From contig OZ024741.1 of the NCBI GenBank assembly GCA_964016885.1, positions 63,736,001-63,800,000 of the forward strand: a stretch of 64,000 bases of DNA, read 5' to 3'. Each line of letters opens with the position of its first letter. Positions within the stretch are counted from its first letter, which is position 1. Source of the DNA: Eledone cirrhosa. Lineage: Eukaryota. The notes under the pieces were generated by a model that had not been told where the DNA came from, made no database searches, and saw only the letters and a list, made by a program, of their open reading frames with translations. Positions 1 to 13,849 of the stretch are shown here, piece by piece. The position numbers were made by a program, and so were the translations under genes.

Positions 1-207
1 TCCAACGCAAGAGACATACAGATACATATGTATATATTGATGTACAGTGGAGTGACATATATTATATTATATTTCTGTATAGTAATTCAAATTCAAAATC
101 AAAATCACATTAGAACAAAATCAAAGCAAAACTGACCTTCACTGTTTAGGGTTTAAAATATATAAATATAAAAAGTTTTAGTATATACATAACCATAAAT
201 AGTATCC

Positions 208-247
<40 letters not shown>

Positions 248-301
248 TTATATTTATATACACACTCACACAAACACACTCATACCTCTAAACCCATATT
301 C

Positions 302-390
<89 letters not shown>

Positions 391-456
391 TTATATTTAT
401 ATATTTATATTTATATACACACTCACACATACACACTCATACCTTCTAAACCCATA

Positions 457-518
<62 letters not shown>

Positions 519-542
519 TATATAGATAATATAGAGTATATA

Positions 543-1445
543 GTCAAAGATCACCAAAACACCCAAAATAAATCACATAGGAGTAGAAATAGCACAGAAT
601 CACCACCATACATACACTACCGCAATAGACACAATAATAGTCGCACACCACCAAACAGAAGGCGATGTAGGGAGTATATCTGGTACAACCCGGTCTATAA
701 CAAATCTATTAAAACCAATCTACCCTCAAAATTCTTTCGATTAGTTAGAAAACACTTTCCAACATCACATAAATATAATAAAATCTTAAACCCTAACACT
801 ATTCGACTTTCATATTCAACCGCCCCTAATATTGAACAACATATAAAAAAGCTTAACGCAAAACGGTTGTATAAACGCCTTCCAACACATAACAATACAC
901 GTAAAACATTAGCTATAACATCACAAAACAACAAACAACATCCTGTCCTACATAAGCAACCTCATCAACCCATCCATGGCAATACAACAACGCAAGATTA
1001 TAATTGCAACTGTGTCCAACCAGGAATGTGTCCGTTGAACAATCAGTGTCTTGAACGCAACATCGTATACAAATGTACTATCGAATCGAATAGACAGAAG
1101 TGGTACTATGTGGGATCTACAGCCACCTCCTTCAAATCACGCCTTTATAGACATCGTTATTCGATAAAACATGAAAACCAGCGTTATGTAACAACACTCG
1201 CAGACAAGGCTTGGCAGCTGCGTGAAAATAACCAACAATTTCACCTAAAATGGGATATAATAGCGGCTGCCCCTTCCCCCCCCCCATATTCCAATGGACA
1301 GGAATTTTGTAAATTATGTAATGTAGAATTATTTTGTATTATGAAATCCAAAAACATTTTATTAAATAACAGAATAGAGCGATCGTTATACTGTAACCAT
1401 CGCTTAAAATCTACATTTTCATATTATAAATACTACCAGGATTGA
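543..1445 (+). pseudogene. 5'-truncated Penelope-like element ORF (RT thumb, Cys linker, GIY-YIG endonuclease)
   Basis: Frame is open upstream of the called 867 start (..REYIWYNPVYNKSIKTNLPSKFFRLVRKHFP..RLSYSTAPN). It then has CNCNCVQPGMCPLNNQC, IVYKC..YYVGST, CKLC and CNH, and is homologous to the end of the 28285-29580 element. Confidence 0.9.
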
Positions 1446-1914
1446 ACGCCTGTCTCTATCCCCGTTTGATTGTTAAAATAGATATGAACATTCTTTATTA
1501 GTCTTAATTCTATCAACTCTTCTATTATTTACCTTTTAATACAAACTGCTATAGATAAAATGAGATTTCTGATTTCTTGATTCAATTCCCTAATGCATAT
1601 ACCAGCTGGCTACTAGCATTGATGTTATTTAGTAGCAATCGAAATCTCCCCCTTCCCCAATTGACACTTTATAATTAATACTACTGCACCAAATGACCAG
1701 CCCTGTCCACTGTCCAGTTGGTCAAGTAGAGATTAAAATTGGCACTCCCAAAATTCTTATTTAGATTTACTCATGGTATTCTCATTAAAAACCCATTATA
1801 TACTTGTTTAGCAGTAAATTATTTTACCATCTGTCATATTCTATCCCCTCTGTTCCTTCCTCTTTTACTAATATAAATACTTCAATTTTTCTGATTTTAT
1901 CCAGTTTATCCAAA

Positions 1915-2031
1915 ATCTCTGAAGAAGTGACAACTGATTATACATTTGCTATCGAATACTTGCTAACATTATATGATTACGCAAGCAGCGGTACATAGGT
2001 ATTCGGTCTGTTACAGAAACATATGTCAATA
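1915..2031 (+). ncRNA. Degenerate hammerhead ribozyme with long stem II
   Basis: CTGAAGA (1919), gtgaca..tgttac long helix, GAAAC-ATAT-GTC (2016-2027). Stem I pairs poorly. Lies in the PLE 3' UTR. Confidence 0.45.
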
Positions 2032-2081
2032 CCTAATAGATTCCTTTTTTAACAAAAGCACTTTCATTTTATATTCATCCT

Positions 2082-2157
<76 letters not shown>

Positions 2158-2450
2158 TTATATTTATATACACACTCACACATACACACTCATACCTTCT
2201 AAACCCATATTCCTAAAATAGAATTTCTTTTACAATCCTATACTTTTGACAATACCATTTTCCTCTCTCCCCTATAGCTATTGTCTCTAGCTTACATTTC
2301 CCCTCTTCGCCACCCCCATCTGAACTCTTGACCAGTCCTTTAACACAATTGAGATACATACACATATATACAGAAACAATTCCTCTCCCTAAAAATAATT
2401 TTGTTGTGTAAATACACAACTACTACTATTACTATGACTGCCTCTCTCGC

Positions 2451-2481
<31 letters not shown>

Positions 2482-2789
2482 GTCCATTTTAGACAGTCTT
2501 CTTCTCAAAATGAAAGATAAAGAGACCTTCTTTAACACTTAATTTTTTAATTTTTTAATTTTTAATTTTTAATTCTTTTTAATTATTTTCAATTGTAACA
2601 TTCAACATATAATAAGATGGATTACACTGATACATCAAAACCGGTTATATTTTATATACATTATAAAACTCCTTTTTTAAAAAAGAATTGTTCCTCTAAT
2701 CTTTTCAATAATGTCACTTTTATGAATCAAAGAAGAAAAAAAGAAAAGCAGATCCTTCAAATATATTTTTCGTACTATTTACAATTCCA

Positions 2790-3118
<329 letters not shown>

Positions 3119-3163
3119 TCTATTTTCTAATTTAAAACCTGCTCACTGTTTCAAAACATATTT

Positions 3164-3200
<37 letters not shown>

Positions 3201-3645
3201 CGTGACGATGTGAAATTCCTCATTCTGAGACTGCTGGAATTTCAAATTTGGCGGTCATTATGATGCGTGGAGGGATGATTAGCTGACACAAAAAATGACA
3301 TCGGTAAGGGATTTTTTCTTATATCAATGTTTGACGGGCATCCACTGATGATTTATAAGTGCCCACCTGCATATGTTCTTACAGAAAAATATGTTGGCTT
3401 TTACATAACCCGGATACATTCTCCCAACTTGTAAAAAACTTATAATGAAACAATTGTTTGGAAAGAGAGATATATATTTTAATTTTAATTATATCTCATA
3501 TAAAATAATACAACTGGCTTTCCACAAAATACATATAGTTAGCACCCCAAGCATATAATTGGGATTATACTAAGGTATATCCTAATGATTGTTGAGTGAG
3601 ATGGTAGCCAGTCAGAGTAAAGCTTAAGGCTTTCCCTGTTAATGT

Positions 3646-3687
<42 letters not shown>

Positions 3688-4514
3688 AGTGTGTGTTTTG
3701 CTTGTATACTTGTCAATCTTCTTGATTGTCATCTACTCATCCCCATCCATTTTTTCTGTTAGTTTGTTGTGGCCGAACGATAAGAAAAGTAATGAACAAG
3801 AGAGAGAGTATGAGAGATAGAGAAAAGGTGAAAGAGAGACATAGAAATATAGAAAAAGACGGTAGGAGAGTCAGAAAGTACCATCGAAACTGTGTATGAA
3901 ATACTGACGTTTCTACTGATTAAATCCCCAATAAACATACATGAATGTTTAAAAACACATATAATGAAATCCCTGCATTAAATTAAGATAAGGAAAGCTA
4001 TGTTTTTTATGAACGATCTCTTAAGTATTTGTCGCTTCCCAGCAACAGTGTCCATTTCTATAAAATCCGTTATATTAAGTTTATGTATAAATATTTGTAA
4101 TATTTTTTAATTACTTAAATAAGGTTTTTTTTTATTTGTAAAATTGTAAACAGCGTCTTATTTTGATAGTGTCCTGTCTAATGTACTTCAATGCTGTTTT
4201 TTTTATGATAAAATAAAAACAGCTGTTGTGCGACTTCAAACAGAAGAAACAGTAATCTGTTATTCCATATTCTAACATTCTAGAAAATAATTATCAACAT
4301 TATATCGTTATTTCCATATATAAACATTTACATTAACGTGGGTGATTTTTACATTTAAAAAATTAAAGGCGTTCTAATGTTGATCAGCTCATCTTTTCAG
4401 ACATTGTGAACCACGGGTTGCACTGTATAGTCTGCTTTATCTGTTATAGACCGCGAGCTTTTGGCTACTATTTCTAGAAGGTAGTGCGACTACGTACAAC
4501 ATCATCAATTATCC

Positions 4515-4625
4515 TAGTGTATTACTGATGCTTTATTTTATTGACCTCGTAAGGATGAAAGGCAAATTAACCTCGGCGGGATTTGAACTCAGACCATAAA
4601 GCATGGCGTCCGACCCTCTACCGAA
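4515..4625 (-). mobile_element. tRNA-derived SINE (partial)
   Basis: Reverse complement of the family core gagttcaaatcccgccgaggtt..gcctttcatccttacg..taaaataaag. Confidence 0.85.
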
Positions 4626-4779
4626 TGCTTAATATATTACTGTGTGGTCAGTATAACAGCTTTATAAACTTATAACGCATAATGTATTACCTCAGTGTGA
4701 GTGTGTGTCCTTCAAACATATATATATACACACCAGGGCCAAACACAAATAACCAAACTCCCACTGTCAATGCCTCCGT

Positions 4780-5250
4780 CTCGCCCGCTCTCCCTATCTC
4801 TCACTATTATGAACAAATGGAGGCTCATGCACCGGCCGCTCCGCGGCACCAGCGGACAGAATAGAGAAGACGTTTGCTCGGAGGATGGGGAGGGAGAGGC
4901 GCTGGAAGAACCATTAGGCTCACACCTGGAAGAACCGTAAGGCTCACACCTGCGGTTGGACCTCAAACCTATCAGAGAGCGACCGATATTTAGAGAGTTT
5001 ACCCTACTCGGCCCGAACTGCAACAGAGCCTGGGTTAGTCGCAAACTGCACCAGTTTGCCGCTGGAGAATATGTCGTTGCATGTGACATGCCAGATGAGG
5101 GGTTTACCAGCACGAGAAGGGAAGATGGTCATGTTATCTGGCCTTTTCCCGTCCTCTCGATCCGGCCCCTCCGGCTTGAGGTGGGAGAGGAAGCTTGCAG
5201 CATCAAAGCCATACCTGTATCTTGGTATCCAGTTCCATGCACTTCTATGC
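4780..5250 (-). mobile_element. CRE-like non-LTR retrotransposon 3' fragment (restriction-like endonuclease)
   Basis: Minus strand reads EDGKRPDNMTIFPSRAGKPLIWHVTCND (RPD..WDVT-type RLE motif). DNA is similar to 62060-62140. Confidence 0.75.
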
Positions 5251-5270
5251 CCTTCTCATTCCATACATAC

Positions 5271-5355
<85 letters not shown>

Positions 5356-5364
5356 TGTGTGTGT

Positions 5365-5403
<39 letters not shown>

Positions 5404-5545
5404 TGTGTGTGTCAGTTCCGAAGAGATTGTTATGGTAAAAACAGGAGCAGGCAGGAGAAAGCTCTCAACAATCGCAACTTTTAGTTACCATAGAGATTGT
5501 TATAAAAATAACAAAATAAGATGCTGAGGTTACATAAATCGTTTA

Positions 5546-5634
5546 ACCATTATAATTATTTCCACGGTTCTCCAGGCAATCGAGATTTCCTTCATGCATT
5601 TGTTGTTGTTATGAGAACGGTATCTTCAGATGAT
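5546..5634 (-). ncRNA. Type I hammerhead ribozyme, extended stem II
   Basis: Reverse complement: atcat-CTGAAGA-taccgttctc..gagaaccgtg-GAAA-taatta-TA-atggt. Confidence 0.8.
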
Positions 5635-5681
5635 ATCCGATTTGTTTTTTTCCAACCGGTGGCATATCAAATAAATCAGAT

Positions 5682-5770
5682 ATCAACTGAAGATACCGTT
5701 CTCATAACAACAACAAATGCATGAAGGACTTCTCGATTGCATGGAGAACTGTGGACATAATTATAATGAT
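5682..5770 (+). ncRNA. Hammerhead copy with core mutation GAAA>GACA
   Basis: atcaa-CTGAAGA-taccgttctc..gagaactgtg-GACA-taatta-TA-atgat. Confidence 0.65.
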
Positions 5771-6021
5771 TAAACGATTTATGTAACCTCAGAATATCGT
5801 TTTTTACAAAAACAATATAAAAATTGGAAAGAAGTAGGTATATATATGTGTGTGTGTGGGGGGGGGGGGTCAGTGAGTGTGTGTGTGTGTGTGTGTGAGT
5901 GTGAGTGTGTGTGTGTCTGTGCGTGTGTGTGTTACGATTATCCAGGTTGTCTGGATAATTTTAGATGAAATTTGAAATGTTAAAATTCAAACACAAATTC
6001 ACTACCATGATTATAGCGCAA

Positions 6022-6121
<100 letters not shown>

Positions 6122-6134
6122 ATTTTCTTGCGTT

Positions 6135-6345
6135 TGTGGCCCGTCTGAGGAGGAAGCCCCGTGAGGTTGGGTGGCTATTGCAGCAGGTGTCACTGGCCAT
6201 CGCCTGGGGGAATGCTTCTGTCATTTTGTCAGGAGGGCGCAGCACTTCTGCCCTCTTGCCCTAGGCCCAAAGCTCTATCACCCTCTCAATTCACCCTTTC
6301 ACTATCTTCTGCAACACCAGAGCTCTTGCCATCCCCTCCCCTCCC
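6135..6345 (+). mobile_element. CRE-like LINE 3' end
   Basis: ARLRRKPREVGWLLQQVSLAIAWGNASVIL resembles the C-terminal FQRISLAIxRGNA motif. Second copy at ~44120-44330. Confidence 0.7.
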
Positions 6346-6503
6346 CGTTTTCTTCTTTCTTTTTCTTTTTTTTTCTTTCTATATTTCTCTATTCTTTCTT
6401 TCCTTTTGTTTTCCATTTTTTTATTTTTCTTATTAACTTTCATTTTAAAAATAAGCATCTATTTAATTAATTACTTCACTACGCATGTAACAATCCAAAT
6501 ATA

Positions 6504-6596
<93 letters not shown>

Positions 6597-7817
6597 TATG
6601 TATGGTCCCGTAACTCCAGATAGAGTCGTAGGGGCACTGTATTGTTATAGAGCGTTTCTTGGGCATGTTAATCCTGGTAGAGCCCATCCCTCTCCAGGCC
6701 TGAGTACAGCAGACTTCTATCAGATAAAGATAGAAAATTAGAGAGAGGAAAAGAGAAAGAGATATAGAGGAAGAATCCACCATAGTACTACACTGGTACT
6801 CTTTTTATCGACCTGGAAAGGATAAAAGGTAAAGTTTACCTCAGCGGGATTTGAACTCACAGTTGCAGTTGGTGTCGATGTCCATTGTCCGCGGAAATGC
6901 TTTTGCTTTCTTCTCCGTCGAGCGTAGCCCCAACACCACCGCACCCTAGGCAAAAAACCCGTCACCCTTCCCCTTCCCATCCCATTTTTCTGTGACTCTA
7001 GAGAGTCGTTCCCTTCCTTTTCCGATTTTAAATGTTCAAAATTGTTTTTATTTTCAACCAAAGGATAACACTCCAGATATACTATTACAGATATACTTTA
7101 CAGCGGTAAAGACAAAGAAGGGAGAAAATGAGAAAATAAATATACGTATATTTTCATGGGTTTATTGAGCTGGTGTACATGTGTGTGTAATAAAGGAACT
7201 GCATGCGGTATGTGGTCAGATCTCACGCCCAAAAAATCATTAAATAAAATGCAAAATGAGTGAAAAGATAACAATGTTGTACAAACGCCATTAACATACG
7301 ACGTTTACTTTTGTGTATACGTGCATGTGTGTACGTGTGTCTTTGTATGCGTGCATGTGTACTTGTGTGCGTGCGCCATAGTGTTCTCTCAAATCTCTCT
7401 CTCTTCCTCACTCTATCTATCTGTAACACACACACACATCGATCAGTATGTATACTCTTACTTTCTTCTCTATTTAACTTCTTCTTCTCTCTCTCTCTCT
7501 CTCTCTCTCTCTTGCTCTCTTTCTTTGTCTCCCTTTCTCCCATCTCTCTTACTCTCTATCGCTTTCTCTCTCTCTCTCTTTATGCTATGAAAAGCGTGAC
7601 ATCTGAAATCCGATCGACAAAGCGACCAACCAGCCAACACATTATCTGAAGAAATTAAAATTGACATACGGGAAATCGCAAAGTATATATTTTCGCTTTG
7701 TGGTACTTTTTAATACAATCCACTACGTCTTGGAGATTCTGTCACATGAAATCTGACAACCCTGAGGTATATTGTATATATTATCTCATATGCAAACTTC
7801 CTCGATATATAAATAAT

Positions 7818-7997
7818 TGTTTCTACTTTTGGCACAAGGCCAGCAATTACCCAGTGCATTACTGGTACTTTATTTTATCGACCCCGTAAGGATGAAAGGC
7901 AAAGTCAACCTCGGCGGGATTTGAACTCAGATCGTAAAGGGACGTAACTATGCTGGAAAGCATGGCGTCCGACCCTCTACCGATACTGCCAATCCAC
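7818..7997 (-). mobile_element. tRNA-derived SINE with target-site duplication
   Basis: A-box tggcagtatcgg, B-box gagttcaaatcc. Direct repeat tatataaataat at 7806 and 7998. Confidence 0.9.
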
Positions 7998-8027
7998 TAT
8001 ATAAATAATGAAATAATATATACATGC

Positions 8028-8275
<248 letters not shown>

Positions 8276-8318
8276 CATGATTTTAAATAAATGGAAATTA
8301 TATTTATAAAATCATATT

Positions 8319-8383
8319 TATTTTATTATATATATTTCAAGAGCAAATAAGACAACATTGGTGCGCTTTCATCAGATAAAATA
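8319..8383 (-). ncRNA. Type I hammerhead ribozyme
   Basis: Reverse complement: tattttat-CTGATGA-aagcgca..tgctctt-GAAA-tatata-TA-ataaaata. Confidence 0.85.
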
Positions 8384-8510
8384 CAAAGTTTGTTTTATAA
8401 ATAGAGACGTACCCATGAAAATTCTACCTTATCGGTTGGAAATTCACTGGAAATTCACTATCCAGTGAATTTCCAACCGATAAGGTAGAATTTTCATGGG
8501 TACGTCTCTA

Positions 8511-8574
8511 TTTATTATCTGATGAAAGCGCACCAATTTGTCTTGTTTGCTCTTGAAATATATATAATAAAATA
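8511..8574 (+). ncRNA. Hammerhead copy, stem I shortened by an upstream deletion
   Basis: ttat-CTGATGA(8519)..GAAA-tatata-TA-ataa. Confidence 0.75.
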
Positions 8575-8709
8575 AATATGATTTTATAAATATAGTTTCC
8601 ATTTATTTAATATCATGGAATATTTACTCCAGTAAACTGTTGAGTGCTCTAAATCAGTTATAAACATTTATGTTTGTCGGACTTCCAACAAATTAAATAC
8701 AACTTCTAC

Positions 8710-8752
<43 letters not shown>

Positions 8753-9224
8753 CCATTTGTAAATAAACCATTGGCGCATTGAGTGGATGGGAATTCTTAG
8801 AAATGTATAAGATAATTGTAAACACAGTTGATTTCTATAAATAATAGACATAGAAAATCGGGTAAAATACTCTTATTGACGGATAAATTGAGCTGTATTT
8901 TTGTTGGGGTTTTTTGGTGTGTTTTTTTATAACCAAGACTTAGTTCTTTCCGTGCGCTTGAGGACGTAATTAGATCTCTTTGCATATATTTCGCCGTACC
9001 TCATGTGACCGTTTTCATGTGTTGCCGTTATGTCTTTATTTTATAAATGCAATATTTGCTCATAATATTTACATCCGCGTCCACGTGTTGATATATCTCA
9101 GTTTCAGAAAATCCCGCTTTGGTATACTAGTAATATATGTAAGAGATGCAAGTGAGCCTGCTTCTTATGAGCACTAATTTTACGTTAGGTCTTAATTATA
9201 AACTTTATTTTGTATTTGCAACAT

Positions 9225-9593
9225 AGAGTTACTGCCCTTTACCTTCTGAGCTCAAATCCCGCCGAGGTTAGCTTTGCCTTTCATCCTTACGGGGTCGATA
9301 AAATAAAGTACCAGTAATGCACTGGGGTCGATTTAATCGACTTTCCCCTCCTTAAAATTGCTGGCCTTGTGCCTATAGTAGAAATTGTTATTTATAACTT
9401 AATATAATTGTTTCTACATTTGGAAGAAGGCCAGCAATTATCCAGTATATTGCTGGTACTTTATTTTATCGACCCTGTAAGGATGAAAGGCAAAGTTAAC
9501 CTCGACGGGATTTGAGCTCAGACCGTAAAGGGCTATAACTATGCTGGAAAGCATGGCGTCCGACTCTCTACCTATACTGCCAATCCACCGCCC
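9225..9593. mobile_element. Tail-to-tail inverted pair of SINEs
   Basis: Plus copy ~9225-9390. Minus copy 9409-9593 with TSD tataacttaatataat at 9393 and 9594. Confidence 0.9.
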
Positions 9594-9697
9594 TATAACT
9601 TAATATAATGAATATATATTTGAAGAATAACTTTGTAAGTGGGATGCAAGATATGGAGAAAGGTGAAATGAAAACTGATATTATATTGCCAACATGA

Positions 9698-9885
9698 GGG
9701 CCGTAGATTGGCAGAATCGATGGTGCAATGGCCCTCTATGTTCTAAGTTCAAATTTCGGTGATATATAATTTGCTTTTCAACCTTGTGAGGGTCGATAAG
9801 ATAAAGTGCCAATCACTTACTGGGTCGAAATTATCGACTTTCTTCGCCCCACAAATGGTTGGCCTCAGGCCTAAATTTAAAAATA
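9698..9885 (+). mobile_element. Diverged SINE
   Basis: gggccgtagattggcagaatcg..aagttcaaatttc..gggtcgataagataaagtgcc. Confidence 0.75.
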
Positions 9886-11212
9886 GTAATTTGAGTATGT
9901 GTGTATGTATGTAAGTATGTGTGTGTGGGTTTGTGGTGTTTGTGTGTGTGTATATGTATGTCTGTGTGTGGGTGTGTGGTGTTTGTGTATGTGTGTGTGG
10001 TTTGCATCCGTGCTACAATAAATGCCGTGTTCGGGGCTAATGATGAAAACTGCCGACTGCACAAGCATAACTAAGTTCTTGCGTGTATTGTGATTGTGTG
10101 CGTGTGTTGTGCAAAGTAAATTGAAATTGAATACATAATAATCCAACCGAGGAAAATGAGATATAGGTAAGAGTTGTTGCCTGATATACTAGGTAAATAT
10201 ATGTTTAACACTGTTAAAAGCTGGAAATGAAGTACAGAAAATACACTTTGCCATTAAGAATTACGAGGTTATAGAAACTTCCCAAAATATTTTATTTACA
10301 TAAACCAGACATTCTAAGGATTTTGGTGTTTATTCTTTCTTTTCTTTCTTTTTGGTTATTCTCTAAAGAAATGGTAGTTCCATATTTGTCACATTTTGTA
10401 TTCTTGACTTACTTCGTTTTGATACTGTCGTGTCATTATTGAGTTGACTACTATTCCGCATGAATAATTACTGCATCGTTGTAAATACTGTTATTTCTGG
10501 TTGAAGCGAAGTATTAACGAATGTGCAAGTAATTGCCTCTGACCTGTCATAAAACTATACTTCAGTTTGTGTGTAACATCAAGCCTGGTTGTTAGGCCAG
10601 AAGAAAATAGCTTTAGGCAAACAGCAGATAGAAATACAAGAGCAATTTCAGTTACCGTAGAGTTAGATCTAAGTAAAATAAAAAGAAGAAAAAGGCACAG
10701 ATTGAAAATTGCATAATTATTCTTGTAAACAATGTCACAGAAAAATGCAGAAAATATTACTCAGCTGGCATGAATGCAACTTATACATTCACGGCACGAA
10801 TGTAATTGTACAAAACTTTCTGTTGAATTACGAAGCCGTGTGTTTAATTAGCAACACATCTTTAATGAGAAACCAGGCGGCTTGCTAATATGACCACAAT
10901 TGTATGCTGGGTTGTAGCAGTTCAAACAGAAGCACGGTCACTTTTTAATCCTCGGGGTCAATTATAGTGCAAAGCTAAGGGAATAGTTCACAGGAATAAC
11001 AACTGTAATTGATTATATATAATTTTTACTTTTAGATCTATAGAAAGTTCTATAGAAAGATCTATAGAAAATTCTTATATAGAAGCCTCGACATAAAAAG
11101 ATATAAACATTATGAATATTAGATCAACCATTTCACTTAATTTCTATATCCTACATGACATAAATAGCGTCTGCTTTAAAGATATTTCTGTATGCAGGAT
11201 CATAGTGGTAGG

Positions 11213-11257
11213 TATCTTCTGACGAAGACGCAATAATCTCTGAAACGCGTAAAGATA
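11213..11257 (+). ncRNA. Minimal type I hammerhead ribozyme (solo pLTR remnant)
   Basis: tatctt-CTGACGA-aga..tct-GAAA-cgcg-TA-aagata, with palindromic stem III ACGCGT. Confidence 0.85.
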
Positions 11258-11639
11258 ATCTCTTATGTGTAGAAGAATAATAGTAACTGTTTACTCTTCA
11301 TTCTTTTCACAAAAGGATTCTTATTAAAAACAATATATAGATATATCTACATTAAATTTATCTTAAATCTTCCCATATACAATGTCTTATGCATACAATA
11401 TTATGTAATTGATTACATTGCCAAATGAATGTATATTATACTGGCTAATTCGGTTAGATTCTACATCTCGCTTAACATGAATATCGTCTGCTATAATGAT
11501 CGCCGACAGGGCATGTTTTGGTGGTGGCGGAGGTGATGGTGATTAGCTATGGCTCAAAATTGATCAAATGCATCTTCACCGTGAGAGATATTTTTTAGGG
11601 CATATAGGTCGACATTATCTAATGTCTACTCATATTTTA

Positions 11640-11865
11640 TCAAGAGAGTGTGTTAAGAAGCGCCAGGAAAATCCAATGGAAGGAAGCTGAGGTAGAGGTA
11701 GACCAAGAAAGACCTGGACAGAGGTTGTGAGAGCTGACCTGAAATCACTTAGATTCAGACGGGCGATAACAAAGGATCGCGAGGTGTGGAGAGATGCCGT
11801 GCTGAGAAGGACCCGTCCAATCCATAATAACGCGGAAAAAGTGGACGTAAAAATGATGATGAATG
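11640..11865 (+). mobile_element. RTE-type LINE 3' end
   Basis: EGS*GRGRPRKTWTEVVRADL..DREVWRDAV. Tail ggacgtaaaaatgatgatg is like the one at ~42831-42853. Confidence 0.8.
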
Positions 11866-12016
11866 CTGATGATACATACATACTAGAAGTCACTCGTGTC
11901 CGAGTACGGCCACATCTTAGAAGTCAAAGAAAAAAACAGACAATGGAAAATGTATTATTTATGTTGTTTTCGTTTATTGTCATACCACTCAGCGTGCAGG
12001 TACGTTACCCACCTGT

Positions 12017-12771
12017 TTATGTTTGAATGGCATGGTATTCTTTTTGGCCCCATACATAGCAGTCCAACCGATTCAGGTCTGGAGAGCTAGGAGGACATAT
12101 GTTTGGGCTGCTGTAACCGTGGAGATTGTAACTCATCCATACTTGAGTCGTCTTGGTGATATGAGACGGCGCAGTCTTGTTGGTAAGTGCAGTGTTTTCC
12201 TTTCTTACGCTCCCTATCCAAGACCTCACAAACTTCTCCCAAATCTCCTTGTAATCAGAATCATTGGCCTGAGAAAAGTAGCGAGGGGCCATGACATTTC
12301 TCTCATGGCGTACAACCCCCAGAACCATCACAGTTTTTCGAACGGCTTCAGGATCCCTGCATATCTATCATTCTTTACTCATCAGAGAAAAACAAAAGAA
12401 AAGCATTCCAGGCTCTTGGTGTTTCAATTTGCTCAACAAGCTTTTTGAGCTGATCAGATAATCTTTTGTCTTTATAGGCAGGGATTGGCCTCTCCACATC
12501 ACCTATGGCTTGTATTGAAGATCCTCGTTCATAATTTTTTTCTGATTGTTGTGGTGGTGTTAGGACACCTAGCACGCGTTTTAATTTTGATTACTACTGT
12601 AGAATCACCGTCAGCGGCTTCCAGCACTTTCTGGATGTTGAAAACAAACATCCGTGCAACTTTCAGGAAGCGAGCAATCTTTAAATTAGTATGTTTTCCT
12701 TTAAGGCAATGATTAGAGTGTGCCTTTAGCTTTGCTGAGTTAGCTTGATGTATGCCATCATTTATCTGCAA
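12017..12771 (-). mobile_element. Decayed Tc1/mariner-superfamily transposase (maT-like)
   Basis: APSHITKTTQVW..PPSSPDLNRLDCYVWG catalytic-region motifs and an N-terminal HTH-like KIARFLKVARMFVFNI. Frameshifted. Confidence 0.8.
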
Positions 12772-13849
12772 AGATAATCAGAACGAAATATACGTTGCAC
12801 ATTCAGATGAACGCACCATGACGTAAGTATATCATATTGTATTTGGACACATGAACAGTAATCACAGCATGTGGACTTTATATCCTCTACACATTAGACT
12901 TATCTGTTGCCTAAATCACATTGCATAATGCTGATATGTAATGCTCTTCGCTGTTTTGCTTATGTATCTCTTACAATTGCTTTAAAAACGTCCTTTCGCT
13001 TTATGTCTGTAATTTGCTTATAATATATATATATATAAGCAAATTATATATATATATATATGAAATTAGAGAAGCAACACACGAGTTGATATATATATAT
13101 ATATATATAAATGTGTATATGAATATTTTGAACATCCTGCCTGGCGAAAAACAAAACCCATCAAAGGATGGAGAAACTCATGGGAGTCACCGGTCATACA
13201 ATAGTGTGTACACATCTATATATTGTTTTTGTTTGTTTGGGTGTATGACTGTGTACGTGTATATATATATAAACGGAGTTCCTTAGTCATGATAAAAGTA
13301 GCTCGTCAAAGAGAAGAAAAAGGAAAAAAATGTTGATATCAAACTATAAATAGAGTAACTTGACAGTTCCCTTAATTGGGCTGACTATCCGATGTCTTAG
13401 CTCTATTAAGCAAGACCGGGCTCTGTAATCTTTTTACAACAGTCAATCCTGAAGTTAGATCACTCTGGCAAACCTTAACACCAATCATTATCATCATTTG
13501 TGGCTGCTCTAACAGATGTTTTCACCACTGTAAACAATTAATTTTTGTGGGTAGCTTAACATTTTATATCCCACCATAAGCACAAAGCCCGCTGGTGAGA
13601 GAGGAGAAAGGTGACAGGGACAGGTAAAAGCTTTTCCAGAAAGTTCTTATCTTGAGCTCTACACAGTAGTGACCATCAAGTGATGGCCGTTCATGCACAA
13701 ACTATAAGCACTTTATGCTGATCGTGTCTTCTTCTAATGGCACTGCATTCGCTACACAGGGAGGGGTGTTAAAAGGAGGCCTAAATGCTTGCTCAATCTT
13801 TTAACCTAGCAGTTAAGCACTGTTAAATCTGCGGTTGAAATAAAATAAA

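Larger units (their letters stand above)
238..2216 (+). mobile_element. PLE copy whose 3' tail is repeated at its 5' side
   Basis: A ~70-bp segment (..tatacacactcacacatacacactcataccttctaaacccatattcctaa) occurs at ~238-305, ~400-463 and ~2148-2216, each after (TA)n, flanking the GIY-YIG ORF. Confidence 0.7.
5415..5798. mobile_element. ORF-less pLTR-like foldback element with inverted HHR pair
   Basis: Palindrome ~5520-5798. The 5415-5645 part is homologous to 23713-23945. Confidence 0.8.
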
